Origin: Coprobacillaceae bacterium | GTDB lineage: Bacteria > Bacillota_I > Bacilli_A > Erysipelotrichales > Coprobacillaceae | Length of the DNA: 32,000 nucleotides | Assembly (NCBI GenBank): GCA_963675915.1 | Contig: OY780959.1 | Span: 1,080,001-1,112,000, forward strand | Reading direction: 5' to 3' | In this document: positions 8,576 to 17,072 of the stretch, in pieces | How positions within the stretch are numbered: the first letter of the stretch is position 1 | How the letters are laid out: each line of letters begins with the position of its first letter | Notes under the pieces: generated by a model | Databases searched by the model: none | What the model was told of the DNA's origin: nothing | Seen by the model: the letters and a program-made list of their open reading frames with translations, nothing else | Program-made: the position numbers and the translations under genes

Positions 8576-9724
8576 ATGAACAACAATAAAGGTTTTACCA
8601 TGATTGAGATTATCGCTGTAATGACCATCACCGCGATTCTGGCGGCCATTGCCATTCCTAGTGCTGCAGGATATGTCAGCGACTCCCTCTATTCAAGACA
8701 TCAAGTAGCTGCCCAGTCACTCTATGCCGCCACCAAGAATGAAGAAGCGAAATTCCTGATTGCCAACGGCGTTCATGACATCCAGGAAGTCTACGACAAT
8801 AATCCCCAATTATATCAAAACATCATGATTTCCTTGAACAACCGCTTCGATGATCTTGGGATGAGTATCGCCGCTCTTGAATACTATGGCAGCGCAACCA
8901 GCAGTGGTGGAGTTGCTATCCCCGCTGATTCCTATTTGATGAATTTCTTTGACGGCGAAGAACAGCTCAAGGTTCTGATTAGCGGCAACGATCAAATCAA
9001 GTTCCTCAATCAAGGTCTTGTCTTCCCGGATCCGGTTTTAAGTCCAACGACAACCAAAAAAGACAAGGAAGATAAAGTCAAAGAAGATAAAGTCAAGGAC
9101 GAACCAAGTGGCGAGATCTCCAATAGCGATGGTGATTCCAATCAAGATACCAGCCTCGAAGATGGTACCCCGGCAGATGAACCTGACAGTTTGGCGCAAG
9201 TCGAAACAAAGATAGGTGAAGATAGTCCAGGCGATCCTGACACTATTGGAGAAAATGATCTGAATCCACTCCTTGCCCCAGCCATCGATATGACTTATTA
9301 TTCTCAAATCCGGGCAGGATTAACCGGCAAATACAGCAATGACAAAAAATGGACTGAAGCCCTGCAACAGTACATCCTTTATAAAGATGGTTATCAAGAA
9401 CTTACCCCGGCCCAAAAATCACTGATTAACGTTAGCGAACAGACAAAAATGTATTGGATTCCTTTTGTCGACACCGATCAAGGTGATTTCAATATTTTCC
9501 TGGCAGCATCAACTGTCGCAACTACCAGTGATGCCTATTCAACTCTAGTTTATCTAGACGGTTACTACTATGCCTATGTCAACAACGTCAACAGCAGGAC
9601 TGGCAATATTATCGAGGCTAAAATCGATAAATTCGGCAATAGCTATGGCGAACTGCTCAACCTCGCCGACCAAGCTAATAACAGTGACCCGCATTGGATG
9701 AAACTGGTTAAAGCAACAACATAA
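8576..9724 (+). CDS. Prepilin-type N-terminal domain protein with a long acidic linker and an extra C-terminal domain
   Basis: MNNNKG|FTMIEIIAVMTITAILAAIAIPS. The first ~170 aa are paralogous to 7603..8049. A K/E/D-rich linker follows, including a 15-bp tandem duplication at 9068-9097, then an unrecognised ~140-aa C-terminal domain. ATG 8576 has an AAGGAG RBS. Confidence 0.75.
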   Translation: MNNNKGFTMIEIIAVMTITAILAAIAIPSAAGYVSDSLYSRHQVAAQSLYAATKNEEAKFLIANGVHDIQEVYDNNPQLYQNIMISLNNRFDDLGMSIAALEYYGSATSSGGVAIPADSYLMNFFDGEEQLKVLISGNDQIKFLNQGLVFPDPVLSPTTTKKDKEDKVKEDKVKDEPSGEISNSDGDSNQDTSLEDGTPADEPDSLAQVETKIGEDSPGDPDTIGENDLNPLLAPAIDMTYYSQIRAGLTGKYSNDKKWTEALQQYILYKDGYQELTPAQKSLINVSEQTKMYWIPFVDTDQGDFNIFLAASTVATTSDAYSTLVYLDGYYYAYVNNVNSRTGNIIEAKIDKFGNSYGELLNLADQANNSDPHWMKLVKATT

Positions 9725-9737
9725 ACAAGATAATCAC

Positions 9738-9789
9738 AAAACCTCAACCACATCGCTTCCTATCAATAAAGCGCACCGGTTGAGGTTTT
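9738..9789 (+). terminator. Long hairpin after the second pilin-like gene
   Basis: AAAACCTCAACC ... GGTTGAGGTTTT, a 12-bp stem with an inner CGCTT/AAGCG stem. Confidence 0.55.
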
Positions 9790-10001
9790 CTAGTTATTTC
9801 ATCAACTCAGTTAGAACCCTTGTTTACGAAAAACTCTTATGCCTGCCTCAATCTCGGTTAATTGACTACGATGGATGGGAGAATCCCGACTTATCAGTCA
9901 AAACAATCATCGTTTTGGTTTCCAAGTAAGTATCTCGCCAATTCTTTATGCCCCCTGAAAGAAATTGGCATGACCTAGACCAACTAGCTAATTTGACCAT
10001 A

Positions 10002-10027
10002 ATAAAAGCTGCCAGAAATCTGACAGC
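10002..10027 (-). terminator. Terminator after MFS paralog 1
   Basis: Minus-strand sense GCTGTCAG-attt-CTGGCAGC followed by TTTTATT. Confidence 0.6.
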
Positions 10028-10053
10028 AAGATATTCGATAATTGTTTAATAAA

Positions 10054-11211
10054 TCAGGCTTCGTCTTCCTTGAAGCGCAGCACCAGTCCTAGAACGATGA
10101 CCACGGCCGCACAAGAGACCAGATAGATGATCCGGTATCCGGCAACTCCCGGGACGGTGTCGATGATTCTTCCGGCAATGATGACAAAGATCAGCGAGAA
10201 GAGACCCCGAGCCATCATCGATGAAATCCCAAAAGCACTGTTGACGTATTTTTCATCAACAACCTCAACAATGATCCGGACTGATACCAGAATCATCAGG
10301 ATACTTGAAAGCCCCTGGAAGAAAAAGACAATCATGATTAGCTGCGGCGAAGGCAAGGTTGCATACCAGCCATAGCGGAACAAAGTCATGATACAGGCGA
10401 AGATCATGACTGACTTGAACTTGAACTTGGCAAAAATCCGATCCGAGAAGAAGATTGAAGGAATTTCCGAGAAAACCGTCAACAACAAAGTGGTCCCGAC
10501 CATTGTGGTTGTTCCCCCCAGCTCCTGAATGAAAAGCGGAAAGTAAGTGAACTGTCCGGCAAAAGAACCCTGATAGATACAGAGAATTGCGACAAAAAGC
10601 AAGAAACGCTTGTTATGACTCAAGGCGTTGAAGACTTCCTTGGAAGTGACTTTTTCATGCCCCTCTTCAACATCAGCCACGACATCGATCATTCCGATGA
10701 AACCGACTACCGCCAGCACCGCTCCAATCGCAAAGATATAATAGATCACCACACTAGGATAATGGTCATAGACATAACCAGATAGCTGAGCCGCAATTGC
10801 ATACATGACCGAACCCCAGGCCCTGATGGTTCCATAAGGATACTTGCTGGCAACGGCCAGACGGTCCGACAATCCCACGGTTCCGTTCAAGAAACCCTGA
10901 GTGAAACCGTTCATCATGAAAAGCAGGATGAACGAATGGGAATACCCGAAGCCAAGTGCTGAGACTATCGCCGCTACCAGACAGACAATCCCGACCTTTT
11001 TAGGCGAACGGATCTTGTCAGCGAAAAAGCCCGCCAAGGGTTGGAACACCATGGCAAACAGCGAAGCCGCTGATGAAATCAACGAAATCTGGGTCGCACT
11101 CATTGACCTCCCCGCCAAAACTACGGCAATAATACTAGCGAAAGTCCCAAAGGCGAAATAAAACATCCCATTGGCCGCCGCATAATAAAGATAACTCCCT
11201 TTTTTAAACAT
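10054..11211 (-). CDS. MFS transporter (12-TM, LacY/NupG-like, substrate unknown), paralog 1
   Basis: Polytopic hydrophobic protein. It carries the loop 2-3 motif GFFADKIRSPKK typical of MFS symporters. GGAGG RBS and TGA stop. Confidence 0.85.
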   Translation of the reverse strand: MFKKGSYLYYAAANGMFYFAFGTFASIIAVVLAGRSMSATQISLISSAASLFAMVFQPLAGFFADKIRSPKKVGIVCLVAAIVSALGFGYSHSFILLFMMNGFTQGFLNGTVGLSDRLAVASKYPYGTIRAWGSVMYAIAAQLSGYVYDHYPSVVIYYIFAIGAVLAVVGFIGMIDVVADVEEGHEKVTSKEVFNALSHNKRFLLFVAILCIYQGSFAGQFTYFPLFIQELGGTTTMVGTTLLLTVFSEIPSIFFSDRIFAKFKFKSVMIFACIMTLFRYGWYATLPSPQLIMIVFFFQGLSSILMILVSVRIIVEVVDEKYVNSAFGISSMMARGLFSLIFVIIAGRIIDTVPGVAGYRIIYLVSCAAVVIVLGLVLRFKEDEA

Positions 11212-11233
11212 AAAATTTCCTCCAATATTAGAA

Positions 11234-11289
11234 AAAACAAAATACCGCCGCTTTTTTAAAAAGAAAAAAGTCCTGGGGCATTTTGTTTT
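11234..11289 (-). promoter_or_regulatory. Leader hairpin upstream of MFS paralog 1 (13-nt arms plus U-run just before the RBS)
   Basis: In RNA sense, AAAACAAAAUGCC (complement of 11277-11289) pairs with GGUAUUUUGUUUU (complement of 11234-11246), followed by UUU and then the RBS. Confidence 0.4.
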
Positions 11290-11503
11290 ACCTATTCAAT
11301 TAAACTTATACCATTAAAGCACATTACCATCAAAATAACGTCAATTTTCAATATTATGAAAAATATATTTTTCACCCAAAAAACGGACCAGGACCTTCTC
11401 GGGAAATTAAAGATCCGGACCTAAATCCGGATTTCCAAAGGACAAAGCAAATATGGTTCGCTGATAGCTTAGTAACGCTGAAAATTCTTCGCTCCACGCG
11501 GTG

Positions 11504-12655
11504 CTAGTCTTCCTTGAAGCGTAATACCAAAAGCAGTGAAAGCAGCGCAGCCACCCCACAAATCAGATAGAGGATGCTAAAGCCCCTGGTTCCCGGAAAG
11601 GTGTCCAGGATTCTTCCGGCGGTAACCACGAAAAACAACGAGAACATCCCCCGGGCCATCATCGCTGAAATCCCATAGGCAGAGTTGACATACTTCTCAT
11701 CGACAATGTCGACAATGATCCGGACCGCAATCAAAACAATCACGATACTAGTCAACCCCTGGAAGAAAAAGACCATCATGATCAGGTTAGGCGAAGGCAA
11801 GGTCGCATACCAGAAAAAACGGATGACCGTCAAGACACAGGCGAAAATCATCAATGAGCGATATGAGAATTTGGCAATGATCCGATCGGAGAAAAGCACC
11901 GAAGGGATCTCCGATAAGGTGCTCAGCAAAATGGTCGTTCCCACCAAGGTGGTCGTTCCTCCTAGTTCCTTGACAAAGAGCGGGAAATAAGTGAACTGGG
12001 CTGTAAATGAGCCCTGATAGAGACAAAGGATTGCCACAAACAGCAAATACTTCTTATTGTGAATCAAGGCCTTGAACACTTCCTTGGCAGTTACCTTGTC
12101 ATGGCCCTCTTCAAGCTCAGGCACCACATCGATCATCCCGGTGAATCCGACAATGGTCATCACCACTCCCACCGCAAAGATATAGTAGATGGCGATCGGG
12201 GCAATATTGTCATAGACATACCCGGCCAATTGGGCGGCAATGGCAAACATCACCGAACCCCAGACCCTGATGGTCCCGAACTGATACTTGCTGGCAACAG
12301 CCAGACGGTCCGACAGGGCCACCACCCCGTTCATGAATCCCTGGGTGAAGCCATTCATCAAGAACAGGAACACGAAGTTTTGGGAATAGCCAAACAGCAT
12401 CCCGAAGATTACAGCCAGCCCCAGACAGATCCGCCCCACCGTCTTGGGTGAGCGGAACTTGTCGGCGAAAAAGCCAGTCAACGGTTGGAACACCATTGCA
12501 AACAGTGAGGCCGCCGAAGTGATCAGTGAAATCTGGGTCGCACTGCAATCCTTACCAGCCAGAACCACCGAGATGATGCTCGCAAACATCCCAAACGAGA
12601 AGTAGAACATCCCATTACCCATGGCATAATACAAATAACTCCCTTTTTTAAACAT
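11504..12655 (-). CDS. MFS transporter, paralog 2
   Basis: Collinear with 10054..11211 from MFKKGSYLYYA onward. ATG 12655 has an AGGAGGGG RBS. The 25-codon N-terminal extension in the track ORF covers the leader and is unlikely to be translated. Confidence 0.85.
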   Translation of the reverse strand: MFKKGSYLYYAMGNGMFYFSFGMFASIISVVLAGKDCSATQISLITSAASLFAMVFQPLTGFFADKFRSPKTVGRICLGLAVIFGMLFGYSQNFVFLFLMNGFTQGFMNGVVALSDRLAVASKYQFGTIRVWGSVMFAIAAQLAGYVYDNIAPIAIYYIFAVGVVMTIVGFTGMIDVVPELEEGHDKVTAKEVFKALIHNKKYLLFVAILCLYQGSFTAQFTYFPLFVKELGGTTTLVGTTILLSTLSEIPSVLFSDRIIAKFSYRSLMIFACVLTVIRFFWYATLPSPNLIMMVFFFQGLTSIVIVLIAVRIIVDIVDEKYVNSAYGISAMMARGMFSLFFVVTAGRILDTFPGTRGFSILYLICGVAALLSLLLVLRFKED

Positions 12656-12678
12656 AAATTCCCCTCCTAAAATTATAA

Positions 12679-12749
12679 AAAACAAAACACCTTCAAGGGT
12701 GGCAATCCTGTATGCAACAGGAAAAACCAAGCCTTTGGCATTTTGTTTT
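12679..12749 (-). promoter_or_regulatory. Leader hairpin upstream of MFS paralog 2 (same arms, unrelated loop)
   Basis: AAAACAAAAUGCC (complement of 12737-12749) pairs with GGUGUUUUGUUUU (complement of 12679-12691). A TATAAT box at complement of 12768-12773 lies upstream. Confidence 0.4.
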
Positions 12750-13042
12750 AGTTATTCAATTGAAACTATTATACATTAGACCACATAATCACGAAAAAAG
12801 CAACATATTTTCAAACCCTGGAAATCACTTAAACAAAAAATTCCGGCTTTAAATCAGTCCGATTTGTCACGAAAGACGGATTACGCGCTCCTAGCTAAAA
12901 TCGATCCGCATCCAATAATCACAATTTGACTCGATTGGATTTGATTACTTCCCAGCACCTAGGTAAAGCTATGTTCGAATAACGGGTCAATCCCCTTAGG
13001 CCTTGACCCGATACCTGGCCAATGAAACCCGTTGACGGTCCC

Positions 13043-13747
13043 CTACATCAGCCAGCCGACTGCTTTTTGGGACCTTTCCAAACCGATTTTCTCCTGAAGT
13101 TTCATCGACGGGGTGTTCTCCAGCTCCACTTGAGCGAAGGGAATCATTACTTTGGCTAGAAAATTATTGATCATGAACCGGACCAGACTCGCCCCGTAGC
13201 CATTCCTCCGGTACTTATCAAAGACCTTTAAAAGGCCGATACTTCCTTCAAGATGGGAACCGACAAACCCAATTAGGTTGTGATCTTCATCGAAGCCTAG
13301 AAAGAGGTTGCCTAGTTCAATCCCTTCAAGCAGTTCTGTTTCAGAAATACCCTGATATTGACTGGCGATCATTTCCTTGTCGGCAATGGTGGCCGGAATC
13401 ATCATTAAGCAGTCATCAAGATTTTGTTTTGCTCCAATTAGATCGACATACTGATAGCAGTTCAGTTCGTCTTTAAAACCAAACCGCTCTTTGATGAGCT
13501 TCCGGAACCTGGGATCCGTATAAAAAAACAGACTGCTCGATTCAATTGCTTCAATCCAGCTTACTGTTGTTTGATTGTATTCACCACTGATCAGATGACT
13601 TTTGGAAACCCTGTCATATAGCAATACTCCCGATTCCCCGCATTCGATAATCTCCGCCGTGTTCCGGCGGATTACCTGGATCAGACTGACATTGGTCTTG
13701 AAATCCTGTTCGAGATATTTTAATGCTTTAGATTTGATATTTTCCAT
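13043..13747 (-). CDS. GNAT family N-acetyltransferase
   Basis: C-terminal acetyl-CoA motif ...LKVFDKYRRNGYGASLVRFMINN... (R-x-x-G-x-G/A). Confidence 0.7.
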   Translation of the reverse strand: MENIKSKALKYLEQDFKTNVSLIQVIRRNTAEIIECGESGVLLYDRVSKSHLISGEYNQTTVSWIEAIESSSLFFYTDPRFRKLIKERFGFKDELNCYQYVDLIGAKQNLDDCLMMIPATIADKEMIASQYQGISETELLEGIELGNLFLGFDEDHNLIGFVGSHLEGSIGLLKVFDKYRRNGYGASLVRFMINNFLAKVMIPFAQVELENTPSMKLQEKIGLERSQKAVGWLM

Positions 13748-13893
13748 GTTTACCCCTATTATTCCCTATTAGATATTAATACTAATTGATTCATTCCCTA
13801 TTTTCGAGGGCCTTCAATCATTATCTTGATGATACCACCCGGACTCGTTTTTCTCCAGTCAAAATAAAAAAGTCCATACCTTTGACTATTAAC

Positions 13894-13918
13894 CAAAAAA
13901 ACAAACTCCATGGGGGTT
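13894..13918 (-). terminator. Terminator after the 4Fe-4S-type gene
   Basis: Minus-strand sense AACCCC-cat-GGAGTT followed by a T-rich run. Confidence 0.55.
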
Positions 13919-13924
13919 AAAACC

Positions 13925-14476
13925 TTACTTTTTGCTCTTGGTGGTCAAAGTATTGACCGGACAGATGGCACACCAGGTTCTAGGCCGGTACAGGATTCCC
14001 AGGACACTTCCGACTAGCACCGAAGTGAAAATCATCGAGTAAACCCGGTAACTCAAATGCAATAATGGCGCAGCCACTTCGACCGCCAGCAGCTGGGGCA
14101 GTCTGATTGGAACGGTGAAGTAGATCAGAAAACGGATCTCTTCAAGAGGTTCGATGCGCCCGAAACTCACCATCAAGGTCGACATCACGACAAAAAAGAG
14201 GTTGACTGCAAAATAGGTGACCACAATTTCCTTGGTGGCTGCCGTGGTGAGAAAACGCGGTGGCTTGAGCCCAAGATTGATTTTGGCAATCACCCGATTG
14301 AAAAAACCGGCCCGGGGACAGACGTATTTGCACCAGAACTTGTCTTTATGAATGAAATACTGGATAAACGGGATCGTAAAACAAAGCAGTCCTACCAGCG
14401 CGAATGAGATGTGGATCATTCCCAAGCCAAAAAAGATCATGGTGAAGACAAAAATTTGGTTCTGGATGTTTTTCAT
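13925..14476 (-). CDS. Membrane 4Fe-4S-binding-type protein (NapH/YccM-like Cys motifs)
   Basis: Several TM segments plus WCKYVCPRAG and WCAICPVN motifs, the pattern seen in polytopic 4Fe-4S binding proteins. AAGGAG RBS. Confidence 0.55.
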   Translation of the reverse strand: MKNIQNQIFVFTMIFFGLGMIHISFALVGLLCFTIPFIQYFIHKDKFWCKYVCPRAGFFNRVIAKINLGLKPPRFLTTAATKEIVVTYFAVNLFFVVMSTLMVSFGRIEPLEEIRFLIYFTVPIRLPQLLAVEVAAPLLHLSYRVYSMIFTSVLVGSVLGILYRPRTWCAICPVNTLTTKSKK

Positions 14477-14643
14477 AGCGTCTCCTTAGATAGTAAATCT
14501 TGATGCGGTTGATAATATGGCTCAACAATTTTTCGGGCCGGTCGGTTTCAACCTCATCTCCATCTTACCCCAAATAAAATCAGCTTTATGTGACAAAATC
14601 ACCAAAAAATGACAATCATAAAATTTTAATTGATTGAACCAAC

Positions 14644-14668
14644 TAAAAAACCGCTAAAAATAGCGGTT
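14644..14668 (-). terminator. Terminator after the HAD-like membrane protein gene
   Basis: Minus-strand sense AACCGCT-attttt-AGCGGTT followed by TTTT. Confidence 0.7.
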
Positions 14669-14672
14669 GAGT

Positions 14673-16622
14673 TTACTTTTTCCCAGCTCTAAAAATGAAT
14701 TTAAAGACAGTATAAATCATATCGAAGATAATCACATCGACAATGAAATAAAACAGGAAAGTGAAACCAAGGGCGTATTCGCTGGCCATCAGGGTTTCAT
14801 AAGTTGGAATCATCGGCAGATAACCGTTGATGAATTCGAGAATCATCGTAAACAAAGCCACCACCCCATCAAGATAGAAATCAAGGATGGAATCCAGAGT
14901 TTCCAGAATTCCGGTTTGATTTTCAAACGGTGCTCCGGTGATATAGTACAAGCCAAAGCCGATTGCCGTGATAAAGAGCGGATAGAAGAAGTACTTGTGC
15001 CGGGCAAAAAAACCACGCTTGTCCAGGTAGAACTCCTTATCATGATCAAGACCATAACCATTGGCAGCCTGGAGTTCCTTCTTGTCAATCTCCCGGGTTT
15101 CCAGGGCACTGAGAAGATCCAGGGTCTCTTTCTGGTTTTGAGTCACGTTGGGATCATTTTCAACCTGTTCCTTGACCAGCTGTTTGATGTTATCCAGATC
15201 ATCAGCAGCCAAAACTTCGCTCTCGAGGTTCCCCTCAGACTCATTAGTCGCGCCAGTTGCCGGTTCTTCAATCCTATCATCAGGATTTGGCATGGCTGGC
15301 TGGTTGGGATCAGTCAAATCGAACTCTTCGTTGCTTGGAGCCGCTGGGGTTTGTTTTTGATGGCTTTGGCCAAGCGGTTTTTCGATATCCGGAAACTGCT
15401 CTTCATCAAATTTGCCGCCTTTTGCCACCAATTGCACCTTTTCAGATGCCATCGGAGTTGGCGTGCTCTTATTAAGCAGTTCGAGTTCGATCAAGTCAGC
15501 CTTTTTGACTTCAGTGGTGAAATCCAAATCGATTGCATTGGTTTCCCCGTCCCGCTTGTCATCAAGCAGCTTGATGTATTCGGGCTGTTGCCCGTATTTG
15601 AGGAAATCATTGAAATCAAGTTCCGATTTCATTTTTTCGATTGTCTTGTCGCCTGGAGCATGGCCCAGACCAAGATCGAAGGCTTGCTCAATCTTATCCT
15701 TGAGATCGCCTAATTCCTGATCAGCCTGTTCGAAAAGCAGGCCTTCATTCAGTTTGGGATAGTCAACCGGATTGATCCGGTCTTTGGCAAATACCTCGAA
15801 ATGACGGTTTTGCAGTTCCCCCAGGTAATAGAAATAAGCCTTGCGCACCAGCCGCAGCAATTCCGGATCATCTCCGTATTGCTTGATGAGACTGACATAA
15901 GTTTTCTCAAGTTCGGTCTCATCCATATTATCAGAGAAATTGAGCGCTTCGCCAAACATCGTCACATCATCAAACCGGTCAAACAAAAACAGGTTGATGA
16001 TTTCAAAACAGTTGCGCACCAACCGATAGACCATCCGTTCGATGGTGATTGTCGGTTCCACCAAATCCGTCAGGTAGATGACATTGGTATAGCTCAAGTT
16101 GGCCGCTGTAACCATTGACTTGAAATTCGCCGCCACCAACAGTTCATCGTTCTTGATATTGAACTTGGAAATGATCAAATCGATGATTTCATTATTGGGC
16201 AGCACCTGACACTCACTGTCACCCCCGATAACGTAATCGACATATTGTTCCAGTTTGCATAGCTGCAGATATTGGATTGCCCTTTTGGCTTTATAAGTCG
16301 TATAAACCGCCACCCGGATTCCCTTGGTGTTCAAAAACTTCAGCAACTCCTCTACTCCGCTCTTGACTACCCCAGGTGTGTACTTGACATACTCGAACAG
16401 ATTCTGCTCCATCGCTTCCTGGTCGAAGTCGAAGCCGAGAAAATCGTACATGTTCAGATAATTGCCGATATGGCTGTCGAACTGTTCGATACTGATATTT
16501 TCGTTATGCAATTTCCCTTGTTTCTTCAAATAAAAATAACGCAAATGATTTAAATCCAGCAGTCCTCCGTCCAAAGTAAGAACCACTACATTAATATTTT
16601 GTAACGATTGTCGGTAAAACAT
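14673..16622 (-). CDS. Membrane protein: N-terminal degenerate HAD-like domain, long acidic low-complexity linker, C-terminal TM helices
   Basis: The ORF is continuous to 16643. The ATG at 16622 is preferred because it has a GAGGTGA RBS and nothing comparable precedes 16643. The N-terminus aligns by eye to the neighbouring HAD phosphatases. The C-terminal ~110 aa contain about 3 hydrophobic helices. Confidence 0.7.
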   Translation of the reverse strand: MFYRQSLQNINVVVLTLDGGLLDLNHLRYFYLKKQGKLHNENISIEQFDSHIGNYLNMYDFLGFDFDQEAMEQNLFEYVKYTPGVVKSGVEELLKFLNTKGIRVAVYTTYKAKRAIQYLQLCKLEQYVDYVIGGDSECQVLPNNEIIDLIISKFNIKNDELLVAANFKSMVTAANLSYTNVIYLTDLVEPTITIERMVYRLVRNCFEIINLFLFDRFDDVTMFGEALNFSDNMDETELEKTYVSLIKQYGDDPELLRLVRKAYFYYLGELQNRHFEVFAKDRINPVDYPKLNEGLLFEQADQELGDLKDKIEQAFDLGLGHAPGDKTIEKMKSELDFNDFLKYGQQPEYIKLLDDKRDGETNAIDLDFTTEVKKADLIELELLNKSTPTPMASEKVQLVAKGGKFDEEQFPDIEKPLGQSHQKQTPAAPSNEEFDLTDPNQPAMPNPDDRIEEPATGATNESEGNLESEVLAADDLDNIKQLVKEQVENDPNVTQNQKETLDLLSALETREIDKKELQAANGYGLDHDKEFYLDKRGFFARHKYFFYPLFITAIGFGLYYITGAPFENQTGILETLDSILDFYLDGVVALFTMILEFINGYLPMIPTYETLMASEYALGFTFLFYFIVDVIIFDMIYTVFKFIFRAGKK

Positions 16623-16685
16623 CCTCTCACCTCTCTTAGACATATGTATAAGTATATCATAAATTCATTTAAAAAAAATCAATTT

Positions 16686-16714
16686 TTGTATTGAAGATTG
16701 TTAAATTTTATAGT
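16686..16714 (+). promoter_or_regulatory. Promoter for tRNA-Lys
   Basis: TTGTAT, 17 nt spacer, TATAGT. Confidence 0.5.
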
Positions 16715-16774
16715 ATTATGTACTAGTCGACTTCGGGTGATATACCCGTCAAGCCAACAAGGGGATTCAATAAG

Positions 16775-16850
16775 TCTCTCCGTAGCTCAGTTGGTAGAGC
16801 ATCTGACTCTTAATCAGAGGGTCCACGGTTCGAGACCGTGCGGGGAGACC
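16775..16850 (+). tRNA. tRNA-Lys (anticodon CUU), CCA encoded
   Basis: Cloverleaf folded by hand: D arm GCTC/GAGC, anticodon stem TCTGA/TCAGA with loop CTCTTAA, T arm CACGG-TTCGAGA-CCGTG, acceptor CTCTCCG/CGGGGAG. Confidence 0.9.
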
Positions 16851-16927
16851 ATTTTTTTAACCTGGTGACAGTGATTATCAAGATGATTTACGGGTTTGAA
16901 AAATAACTCAAATTTGTTAAAAAAAGT

Positions 16928-16956
16928 ATTGCATCGCAATATGAAAAATGCTATTA
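16928..16956 (+). promoter_or_regulatory. Promoter for tRNA-Ser and tRNA-Asp
   Basis: TTGCAT, 17 nt spacer, TATTAT, about 20 nt upstream of tRNA-Ser. Confidence 0.6.
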
Positions 16957-16975
16957 TGTTTAGGCAACCGAAACT

Positions 16976-17066
16976 TGGAGACATACTCAAGAGGCTGAAG
17001 AGGCGCCCCTGCTAAGGGTGTAGGTCGGGAAACTGGCGCGAGAGTTCAAATCTCTCTGTCTCCGCC
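16976..17066 (+). tRNA. tRNA-Ser (anticodon GCU), long variable arm, CCA encoded
   Basis: Acceptor GGAGACA/TGTCTCC, anticodon loop CTGCTAA, long extra arm, T arm GAGAG-TTCAAAT-CTCTC. Confidence 0.9.
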
Positions 17067-17072
17067 ATATTT

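Noticed and set aside
12059-12548. ORFs 12059..12451 (+) and 12210..12548 (-) inside MFS paralog 2, and similar off-frame ORFs inside other genes (e.g. 19704..20099, 20853..21275, 21187..21645, 18861..19334, 6550..6918)
   Set aside because: They are off-frame or antisense overlaps of genes with strong family signatures. Their compositions are biased (His/Arg/Gly/Pro-rich) and they lack RBSs.
14667-15713. 348-aa plus-strand ORF, the longest unexplained ORF in the track
   Set aside because: It is exactly antisense to the acidic/low-complexity half of 14673..16622. It starts at a TTG inside a terminator hairpin with no RBS. Its L/F/I-rich composition is the mirror image of an E/D/K-rich sense strand.
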